DNA of 54,528 bases from Lenisia limosa (taxonomy: Eukaryota; Protista; Breviatea): assembly GCA_001655205.1 (NCBI GenBank), contig LPNZ01008612.1:1-54528 (forward strand), given 5' to 3'. Positions within the stretch are counted from its first letter, which is position 1. Every line of letters begins with the position of its first letter. A program made the translations under genes and the position numbers. This document shows positions 12,501-22,336 of this stretch, piece by piece. The notes below the pieces were generated by a model, which was given only the letters and a program-made list of their open reading frames with translations, did not search any database and was not told the origin of the DNA.

Positions 12501-12711
12501 CGACGGGGTACATCCTCCCAAATCTTCGAGGGGAGGTTCATGCTGACAAAAAATAAGAGGAGAAATAAGAAGTTCCAACTCAGTATTCGTCATCTTTCAA
12601 ACCCCCCCCCCCAAACCTAACACCCGCATCCATGTCATCTTCAACTTTTGGAGCCTCTGGTAGTTTCTTGGGTCTCTTAGATGGAGGAGGCGGGGGTCCC
12701 CAGGAGCTCAT
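6540..12711 (-). CDS. RNGTT: mRNA capping enzyme, RNGTT-type: degenerate cysteine-phosphatase domain + guanylyltransferase + OB fold + C-terminal extension
   Basis: GTase motifs: FHGGQ|VISID, VTWK|ADGCRYMLFI (motif I), LDGEL, IFDAV, HEHDGLVF, MLKWKP, IRH|DKQHPN. N-terminal DSP-like part: IIDLV, VQYIRL, VIAVLTMHGVNTAGFMIVNYMVEE, FNTARKPGIHSQEHL. The splice phase between the two halves (~10670-10925) could not be resolved. Confidence 0.9.
8492..8611 (-). repeat. Intronic dispersed repeat, copy A (capping enzyme intron ~8373-8750)
   Basis: GCAATGAGA..GTCCACACCATCA..AGAGATATTGGATTATAGTA..ATATTAATTCACCCAATC.TTTGCCTTACAAC on +, near-identical to 47436-47552. Confidence 0.85.
11738..11798 (+). repeat. 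21-bp tandem duplication plus a 20-bp segment shared, inverted, with the flank of repeat copy A
   Basis: CCCTTTATGCTGG(A/G)AATGT(G/A)C x2 at 11738-11779; CAGAAAGCTGTGTACACAGA at 11779-11798 is the reverse complement of 8592-8611. Confidence 0.7.
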
Positions 12712-12982
12712 TGTCGCCTGCCTGTGAGGACAATGGGATTGTTGGGTGGAGAAGCCGTTTTCTCAGGAAATTCCCACGATACAAGAAGTAAGTAAAGATT
12801 TTGTATTGTTTAATCAATAAGAAGGAGAATAAGCACCAAAAATAAAAATATGGAGAGCGTTTTGCCATTGCCAGTAATAAGTGATTACTTTGATTATTAT
12901 TCTAACATAAAAATGTTAGAAGATCAGCTTTTTTTTTGAAATTTCGGCAGTGAAACGGTCTTTTAAAATCAGATAGGACACT

Positions 12983-14327
12983 ATGACTGAACTTAAGGAA
13001 GTTAAGGAAGTTCATTCCGACACTGTGTACGTCAATGTACCTGAGGCTACAACTGCTAAGCCTATTGAGTACTTCCGTCCTATTGCCAACCCTGGACCTC
13101 TTGGACTCATGGGTTTGTTATTTTCACATTCTTTGTTGTCTAACTTTGCATATTCTTCTCTTCACAATGATCAGGTTTCGGAGTAAGTGGGAAACGTAAG
13201 AACTTTTTGTAAAATAGCCGTTAATCTGTTTCTGACTTTTCACTTAAGTCGACCCTAATCCCTTCTTACGTTGTTTTAGATGACTACCATCATCCTTCAA
13301 CTCCACAACGCTGGCTTTTTCAACATTGGCCCCATGCTTCTTGGTAGGCCGACTTGATCCCTTCAGTCACCACCTCTCCCCCTCTTTGTTGTCTTATACC
13401 TGCTAGGAATGGGTATCTTCTACGGTGGTCTCATGCAGATTGTTGCCGGACTCATGGCTTTCATGCGTAACGATACCTTCGGCGCCACTGCCTTCCTTTC
13501 CTATGGTGCTTTCTGGGAGGTTCGCTGATGACTGTTCACTGATACCGTTGCGTGGTTGTGTTCATGTTTTCTGACCATTTCAGAGTTGGGTCGCTATGGT
13601 GATCCTCCCCAAGATGTACCCCGCCACCATTCCCGCCGCTCAGGCCGCCTTTGTTGGGTGGTACCTCTTCCTCTGGGGACTTTTCACGTGAGTATATCGA
13701 GGAATTCTTTCAAATGCGGATGATTTTTTCAATACTTTCTTCATTCCTTTCCAACTCTTGCAGCTTCTTCATGTTCATCGGCACTCTTTCTCCCGGCCAC
13801 AACCTTAACGTCAAGTTCGTGTTCTTCTCCCTCTGGATCCTCTTCTGGCTCCTTGCCGTTGCCCATTTCATTGAAGATGAGGACCAAAAGGTGAGCGTTG
13901 TTTTGTTCATTATGGCCGTTCTACTGGCTAATAACAGGGCTTCCACATTATTGTTGGCAGTTTTGACACCACCATCACATTGTAGGATACTTCCACTAAG
14001 ATCGCTGCCTGGTGGGGATTCCTCTGCGGTGGCTCCGGTTTGAGGGTTTTGACTTCTTCGTTAATGCTTATATTATATCTACCAAATTTGTAAAGATTGA
14101 TAAGTCTTCTTGTTCCTGTGATCAATACCTTATCCCAGTTTTCATCATTTCAAGTGTGTTTTTTTTCAAAAGAATATCATATTAACATTTCTTANNNNNN
14201 NNNNNNNNNNNNNNNNNNNNNNNNNNNNNNNNNNNNNNNNNNNNNNNNNNNNNNNNNNNNNNNNNNNNNNNNNNNNNNNNNNNNNNNGAAGCCCATCCTC
14301 CCCATCGGTGCTCCCAAACGCTCCTAA
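12983..14327 (+). CDS. satP: Acetate/succinate channel, GPR1/FUN34/YaaH (SatP) family; part of the 3' region lies in a gap
   Basis: Spliced: [63 protein letters not shown], containing the family motif NP(A/G)PLGL. Includes an 8-nt microexon at 13175-13182. Confidence 0.92.
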
Positions 14328-14736
14328 TTGTATCGTTTTTTGATGTCCAGCATTGTAGTGTATCACCAGGTTATATTTTGAATTGGGTCTTGGAGGGGCT
14401 TAGATTGGATGTCCGGGCTGGAGGGGGCTTATGGGTGTAGTCTTTAAGTTTAATTCTTGCAACAAATGTGGAGGCATTAGCCTCACCTGGCAACCTGGTA
14501 AAATACGCGACAGGTCTTTACGCACAACCTCACCCACAGCCGAGTCACTCCGAGCCCCTCTTCATCCCTTCATCAGCCCCTGATTTGATGATTATACATT
14601 TTTACGAATTTTACAAGTGTGTTTTTGACCTTTTGACCTGTTTGTTTGATATATTCGGCAGCAATCGTGCAATCGTATCAAGTTTCATTTAGTAGTGGTA
14701 GACTGGTGGACTGAAGGTTTTCATTGAGGGTTTAAG

Positions 14737-17700
14737 ATGGACTTTGAGACACAAGTGCACACGGCCCTCCAAAATGGGATGGAAGGAAGGGAGTTTCTCA
14801 GGAACATTGGAGAATTTCCTGTCAATAACATACTTCCTAATTCAAGAGTGAGGAGGGGGAGGGGTTGTGGCTTGTTAATAAGTTGCCTTAATTTTATATT
14901 ATCTATCCTAAGAATTATATCTTATTGACATGATATACATAATCTGTACTCTTTCTCTATCCTACTCATGAGGCAATATTCCATCATCAATTTTTACTTT
15001 TTTTTTTTGATCATATTCAAGCAAGATATACCCTTTACAATCATATGTGCGAATTATGAACCAATATCCACTGTGATATGACCGACGTTCGAGCCAAAAT
15101 GGTGAACGAATATTATTTTTCAGTCAATTGAATATGTGGTATCATATCACAACGTGCAAAATGATTAGTCACACCCGTGAAAATGATATGACTGACCATA
15201 ATTGAGTATTGTGGTGTTCTCTTATTGTCACAGAAAACACTTCTCCATTTGGCTGTGGCTGCCCAGAATGTGAGCTGCGTAGAGGCTCTTATTAGTGCTG
15301 TGGCTGACCTCAATTCAGTTGATTCAGAGGTTTGCAATGGGTAATATATTCACATTTGATCTGACAATGCATCATCTTATTCACCAGGGCAATACCCCCA
15401 TCTTTATCGCTGCTGAAGTAGGTAAGCATGCATGGTAGTATTTTGTCGCCGTATGCACTCACTATTAGTTAACCTTCATTCAATCCAGGAAACCTGAGTA
15501 TTCTCCGCATATTGCTGATGAGTGGAGCCTCGTTTTCTGAAAAAAATAGAGATGTGCGTGGGTTGTGGTGTTCTTTTTTCTTGCAACCAACGGTGTCCCG
15601 CCATAGAATTATTTTTATTTTTATTTTTTTCATGATAAAATTTTCCAGGGCGACACAGCCCTTCACTTGGCTGCACGAAATGGACACAGTCATATAGTCA
15701 AAGCCCTCACTGACTCATTTGCAAGCACATCTGTCACCAACAATTTGGTAAGTCTATTTTTAATTTTTAAGTTAACTTAGAAGTGTTCTGCTGTTCTCAA
15801 TCTTTAGGGTAAAACTCCTATTGATTTGGCCCAAAGACTAGACATGATGACGATCATGGAACCTGAATCTCAACAATTAGTGATGGGGCTTCATCGTTCT
15901 CTTCATCATTCAATACTCTGTCTTTCTTCATTGTTAGCTGAGGTCTTACACCGTGATAATTCCTTCCAGTTACATGACCCATCTCGGACGAATGACCAGG
16001 CCGAAGCAATGGAGGATGAGGCGGACTCCCAGCCGCTTCAAGGGGGTAACAATTGGACTGAGGGCGGCTTCAACCCTCAAGTCAACAATGAGACGACAGA
16101 GTTCGCTGCTTTTTGTATACCTTTGCCCGCTTCAGCTTGTTGACCTGTTTCACCTCATAGTCTGGTCAAATTGAGAGCGCGAGAGGTAATGTCTTCACCA
16201 GTTTTCCCAAACATCAGACTATTAAGACAGTCAATCTCAGGTTAGAAGGGTCAACTTATTGAATGCAACGTTTACGTCATTTCAGGTTCATTAGTGTGTT
16301 TTTTGACACTCAGAACAAGTTTAACAAGCATTTTAGTTGTAAATGCGGACTTGGGTACAATTATCGAAACAGGAGTGTTGCCCCTGATTGTGCAGCTTGC
16401 CTTGGGATCTGAAGATGTAAGTACATGTACATGTAGTAATATATACTAAATGATAACAATCATTTTTATTTTCGAATCACCTTTACTTTTAGATTGAGAT
16501 GTTATATGAGTGTCTTTGGATTATTTGCAATGTCTACTCTGGAAGCAGTAGCAACTGTCAATATGTAAGCTCGTTTCAGCTGTCCCATTTTGCTCTTGTT
16601 TTTATTATCTAGATGAATGAAAAGGGAGGCTTGACAGCGTTTGCTCAACGTGAGAGGAGAATTATCGTCATTCAACTTTGTTATTCGTAAATGTAAAACA
16701 TATGATATACTTTCATCCAATATCTCTTTTAAGCGTGATGGTGTGGACGACCGGCCTTGTTTTTTATTTCTCATTGCTATATATATACTATAATATGATA
16801 TATGTCATGTTCGAGTAGCTAGCTATATGATATGCCAAGTGGTATTTGCTGACTGAATCCCTCACAGATCTCACGCATCCATTGGAAAAAATATCAGCTA
16901 TCTGCACTTGGGGGCTATCCAATATCGCAGGCGATTGTGCTGAAATGCGCAATCTTGTTGTTCAAACCCCCAACCTTCTCGGAAACTTTATCCATTTGAT
17001 CAAACAGGCTGGGTAAGTGGCCATATTTCATCAATAAGTGTTATTCTGTCATAGCATTTTCTCAGAGTCATACATCAAAACAAGTCTAGTCGTCATACTT
17101 AAATGTCAGAAAAGTTACTTAATTAGGAAGCTTCCGAAACGGGAAACTTTCCTAGTGATGTAACTTATTATAACGGTTAAGTTATCTTTTACCGTAACTT
17201 GTACGTCATAACAACATCAATAAGTATTATTCTGTCATAGCATTTTCTCATGATAGAATAATTATATAATGGTTGTGATGTTAATGAATTTAGGCCTAGT
17301 TCAGAACGTGAAACTCTTGAGAACATTGGGTTCTTAGCCAGCAACATAGCCCGGACGAAGCCTTACATTGAACTTCCGCTGGTTGGCTGCTATGGGATAA
17401 TATCTTCGCTAAGTTACTGTAAATTGTTGAAATGCGGGTTAGTTCATAGTTCACAATAGTTTAAAAATATTGAAGGAATCATACATACTACATATACATG
17501 TACATATCTTCTATATTATGTTATTTGATTACGAATTAGGCCTTCCAAGCAGCAATGGTTGCCCTTTTCAGTCGCATCGGACACGTAGCCAATGACACCG
17601 TAGTTGATTGCATTTGGTTCTTTGCCTTCACCTGGTGGGCACAATAATTTCTTATTATCAATACTGTTGTATTTGGAAACAATATTTGTGGAGTACATAT

Positions 17701-18942
17701 AAGCTACAGTACAAAGATTGAGAAATAATTCTAAAAAATCACATTTCTTGGATAGTGGTAACAATCTAGTGATAATACTCCGGATATTTTACTGAAAGCC
17801 GGGGTTGCGGGAGTGATGCCAATGATCTTTGATGGAGTCAAAAAGCCTGAGATGGTGAGCGTGCTTTTGTCTGCCATATTTATGGCGCGTACTTGATCCA
17901 CACAATACGCGATAAATCTCAGCGATAGTTTTCATATTTTTCAATATATTCTGACTACATGGAAGTCCTATTCACACTCTCACCGGGAGTCCTATTCACA
18001 CTATCACCGGAGGCGTGTAGTATATTTTTACTTTAGTATAGTATGATATATCGATATCTGACCGGATTGTGTTCCGCATTTTGTCCAGTGATCCGCATTT
18101 TGTCCAGTGATCCGCATTTTTCTGTCCAGTGCTCCGCATTTTGTCCAGTAATCTGCATTTTGTCCAGTGATCTGCATTTTAACCCATATACTACAGATGA
18201 ATACCCCTAGCTCTCACATTTATTTAGCATCATCTTCGTCTTCTGGGGGCACTTTCCACTGAAAGTGAAGAAGCATGCGCACTCATGCTTCCGTATTTGC
18301 CACTAGTTATCAAAGCGCTTCAGAACCCAAAGTGGGAGGAATAATGGCTACTAGTATTCAATTGGAGTTGTCCTTTTTGATGGCAGTTATTAGGTTCTAA
18401 CTAGCAGGCTGCGAAAAGAGGCGTTATGGACCATCTCGAACGTTGTTCATGACTCTGATGCAGCCGCTATGGTGGGGAGTTGTGTCTCTTCGGATATCGT
18501 GGTCTACTAGCCTTCCCTTAACGATTTTGATTACAATAACAAGTTTTTCCTATGATGTGTGCACTATGATCGGGCAGTTGTAAGTTCATGAAAAGAGTCA
18601 ATGCTCAGACCATGACTGATATAGGAAGTTGTCAAGGTGGGATTCTTCCATTCCATGGAATCAGCCGAGGTGAGTACGCTTTCGAGAGATGAAACTTCTG
18701 AGCTTGGGTGGATCTTGACCAATGCAATGGAAAAGCCCTACCTGGTGGGTGTTGGAGTTATTATGATATATTACACGAGATCTCTACGTCATGGACTAGC
18801 TGTTTATGGACTAGGTGTTTCGTTGTTCACTTTTCAGATTCAATACATCAAAGAAAGTCGGCACTTTGATGAATACCGATATATGTCTCATCAATACGAA
18901 CACCTGGGCACTAATTGGGCTTCTTACATCGGGGAGCAGTAA
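14737..18942 (+). CDS. Ankyrin-repeat (about 4) + importin-alpha-like armadillo repeat protein
   Basis: ANK: KTLLHLAV, GNTPIFIAAE, GDTALHLAARNGH, GKTPIDLA. ARM: TGVLPLIVQL, YECLWIICNV, CTWGLSNIAGDCAEMRNLV, FLASNIAR, LRKEALWTISNV. Confidence 0.8.
16701..16785 (+). repeat. Intronic dispersed repeat, copy C (ANK-ARM intron ~16649-16867)
   Basis: ATCCAATATCTC..AAGCGTGATGGTGTGGAC..TTTATTTCTCATTGCTATATA is the reverse complement of the copy A/D core. Confidence 0.8.
17029..17250. mobile_element. 150-bp intronic insert with a long hairpin, flanked by 36-bp direct repeats (candidate non-autonomous element)
   Basis: CATCAATAAGT(G/A)TTATTCTGTCATAGCATTTTCTCA at 17029-17064 and 17215-17250 (1 mismatch); imperfect hairpin at ~17112-17166. 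Confidence 0.55.
17964..18011 (+). repeat. 24-bp tandem duplication, intronic
   Basis: AGTCCTATTCACACT(C/A)TCACCGG(G/A) x2. Confidence 0.85.
18073..18180 (+). repeat. 19-bp minisatellite TCCGCATTTTGTCCAGTGA, about 5.5 copies, intronic
   Basis: Units start at 18073, 18092, 18111 (22-bp variant), 18133, 18152 and 18171 (partial). Confidence 0.9.
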
Positions 18943-19074
18943 CCAACCTCCACGTCTCTCCATTTTTGTTATTTTTGTTTCTGATGTTATTTATTCTTAT
19001 TATTTCGCTCAACACCAGGTGAATTAAATTACCTTAAAATACAATAGACTTAGACGACCATCACCCATGACATT

Positions 19075-22000
19075 TTAGAACTTCACAATCTTCTTGGTGG
19101 GTTTTTTTACACCTAAATAAATTATGAAAATACGTATATTTCCATGTAGTATTTATACATATATACACTGGAAATATTTGATGGGTAGAAGGGAGGGGTA
19201 TGAGAGTTTGCCAGAAGGAAGTTCATTTCAGACACTCAAAAAAGAATAAAAAGAATAGACTCATACCGGTCTTGGCGGGGGCCTTTTTAGACTTGGCTGT
19301 TCCGGCTGCAGCAACAAGCTTATGCTTCTTGGCACTGCGGAGTGAACAGAGTGACAGCGAGTGTGATATTTAATTATCGATAGAGTACTATATCGTATGA
19401 TAGTATTACTGCATTTTAAACCGGGACAACATTGGTTTATTCGAAATCGCACTCAACAACTGCCTTACTTTTGTATCACACCAGAATGAGATTACTAAAA
19501 AAAGGGAATACTGATTGACTTGACATACCCTGGGCCCTTCTTGATGTTTTTCATGGGACGACCAGTCTGAGCCTCAGGCTCAACTTCCACTTCGATGTCT
19601 TTTTCGTCCTGTGAGGTGGAGTAAAACTGGAAAATTTCTGAAACAAATCAACTCTGTTGGCAGGGTTGATAACAACAAGAACAAGCAAAGCCCAGGCCAG
19701 TCGCTTGAGGATTAACCGCATCCCATCACTCCAGGGGAGTAAACTTGGACAATTTATGAAACAAAAAAGCATAAAGGAAGCGGCACTTTAAAAAACAAAC
19801 CGGCCGTCGCGTCAGAATTCTCAGTTCAATATAGTTCGAAAAAACAGNNNNNNNNNNNNNNNNNNNNNNNNNNNNNNNNNNNNNNNNNNNNNNNNNNNNN
19901 NNNNNNNNNNNNNNNNNNNNNNNNNNNNNNNNGTCGTCATCATCACCACCAGCTCTGATCGGCTCTATACAAGGTCAATCTTTGAATCAGTGTCACAAAT
20001 AAAGAAAGTTGCTATTTTTGTACTCGAAGTTGAAAAATTGAGTGCGATTTGATCTTAAACTATTGGTAAAGAAAACCACAAAGTATTGTGCTCAGCCCAT
20101 GGGACGACGTCTTCTGATCAGAGGAAGATCCGAAGGAGTTGCCATTTCGATAGTTTACAGATGGTAATTAATATATAGCAATGCGAAATAAAAAAATAAG
20201 GATGTATCNNNNNNNNNNNNNNNNNNNNNNNNNNNNNNNNNNNNNNNNNNNNNNNNNNNNNNNNNNNNNNNNNNNNNNNNNNNNNNNNNNNNNNNNNNNN
20301 NNNNNNNNNNNNNNNNNNNNNNNNNNNNNNNNNNNNNNNNNNNNNNNNNNNNNNNNCCTTGAGGGGCAGCAGGGGCATCCTTGTTAGCCTCATCTTCAGC
20401 CTCGATAGCAGGGGCTTCTTTCTTCTTCTTGCCTGAAGGGTGGTGAGTTGAAATAACGGGTACAGACATTATTGAGTGTACTGGATCCAAAAAAACCTGC
20501 TTTGATGTGGACCCCCCCCCCCTCAAGTTGTTCACTGCAACACAAATGTCATAGGAAATGCAGTTATGGGGATGCTAAGATGTCCAACTCTTAAGCCCAA
20601 TCCCTCAAACCCTTTTCCGGACAGTCCTTGGCAAAGTGGAACTTAGACTCACAAATTCTACAGATATTGGATTCTTGGCTAATATGAGGGAATTACCAGT
20701 CTCACAATGACTGAGAAAAGGTCTGGTCCTTTCAGGGCCTAGAATGAAAGACCAGACCTTATCTTGGTAATTTTATACAAGACAAAGTTCCTCTTCTATA
20801 TGCAAGATCTTGTAACCAATATGGACGACATAGCGCAAAATAAGGTGAGTAGGGATGACAATAAAGAAAACACATTGATATCTAGAAGTAGCAGGAGATA
20901 AGAAGAGGAAGTAGCAGCAGTACACACCTGCAAGACCCGCCGTCAGGGTAGATGCCGTTAGTGTTCTTGGGGCACTTGCTCTGAAGATGACCAGAGTTGC
21001 CGCAGATGAAACAGCGAACAAAGGTCAGACCGTTGCCTGCATAGGTCAGTAGATACGCACCAAGTAATATAATGTTACAAGACATATTGGACCAAATATA
21101 AACATCGCTACTCACCAGTCTTTTCAGACATGAGAAATAATAAATTTGAATGATATTGTAGACTAACGAAAACAAACCACACTCCAGCCAACCCTTTTTG
21201 GGGGACTTGCACTTGCCGAGAGTATGGCCCGTTTCACCACAGTTGAAGCAATAAGTCTCTTCCTAGACTGTCAGGCAAACAACGAACCATGGGGTTTCCG
21301 ATACATTGCAAAATGAGAAACTGGGCTATTGTTCCCTCCCTCCTGTATTACAACTTTCCATGGTGTGAGTTGAGAGAGCACCTGGAATAAGCGGTAGCTT
21401 GGGTATCAATAATCACGAACACTCCCCACATACACGAGCAACCTTCTCCTTCATTTTGGGGCACATGTGGACGGGGTGACCAGTCTCACGACACAGGAAG
21501 CAAGTCTGAGAGGTTATGGCTACTGACCTTCAATAGAAAGAGCAATGTCACGATTGGTAAGAATGGAATCAAGGCAATAAGCCAAACTCCATACTCACAG
21601 TGTCCTTGAACTTTTCGGGGCACTTAGATCTGTTTCATGAGACATAGAAAAAGTATAAATATGTTATTCCAATAGTGTAATGAAAAGAATCAAGAATAAA
21701 AAGAGAGAATCATCGCCCACTTTGAATGTCCATGGCGTTTGCAGAGGAAGCAACGTCCTGGGAGGGTTAATCCCGTTCTCAATAACACATTTATGAATAA
21801 TAGAAGATAAATCACGGAGAGAAAGACTTCTGCATACCCTTAATCTTGGTTTCACTGGTGACCACTTCGTCCTTCTTCACCTTCTGGCTCTGCCTACGCT
21901 TCTCTGTACTATCTCCGGTTGTCTTAACATCTTTAATGGCAGCAAGAGCGGCTTCTTCCTCTTTCTTGTCACCCAGCTCTGCAAGCTTCTTGGCAAGTCT

Positions 22001-22159
22001 CTCGTTCTTTCCCATCTTCTTCTTTCTCCTGCCACTCTCAAGCTTCTTCTTGCTGACGGGAGCACCCTTATTGGCTTGCTTCTGAAGAAGTCTTTCCTTC
22101 TTCTCATCAGCCCTCTTGGCTTTATGCTCGGAGAGCAAGTTATCGAGATCTTTACCCAT
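19075..22159 (-). CDS. ZCCHC9: Lys-rich CCHC zinc-knuckle protein, ZCCHC9-like
   Basis: CFLCRETGHPVHMC, CFNCGETGHTLGKC, CFICGNSGHLQSKCPKNTNGIYPDGGSCRICESKFHFAKDCP; ends KKPTKKIVKF*. Confidence 0.8.
20172..20208 (-). repeat. Intronic dispersed repeat, copy B (truncated by an N gap)
   Basis: TATATAGCAATGCGAAATAAAAAAATAAGGATGTATC versus copy D TATATAGCAATGAGAAATAAACAATAAGATTGTATC. Confidence 0.65.
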
Positions 22160-22336
22160 GATGAACTGATTGAATCAAGGTTACTTAGAGATGAATAACG
22201 CTACTCTAGTATATTCTAGATGACACTGGTTGTGAAACACGTTGAGGTAATCAAACGGTCAAAAGCAAAATAATTCATCAAAATTTTTTTAAATTTTGTC
22301 TGCGGTCGCGGAGAATGTAAATATATCATATCAATC

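Noticed and set aside
12677-12868. Track ORF MAKRSPYF.. resembling a membrane-anchored protein
   Set aside because: It overlaps the 5' UTR and first exon of the capping gene in another frame and ends at a stop.
17893-17935. Possible further degenerate copies of the intronic repeat (here, at 20662-20673 and at 52727-52745)
   Set aside because: The matches are too short or too weak to separate from AT-rich background.
18073-18180. Short repeat array as a CRISPR
   Set aside because: Units are head-to-tail with no unique spacers, there are no cas genes, and the array lies in a eukaryotic intron.
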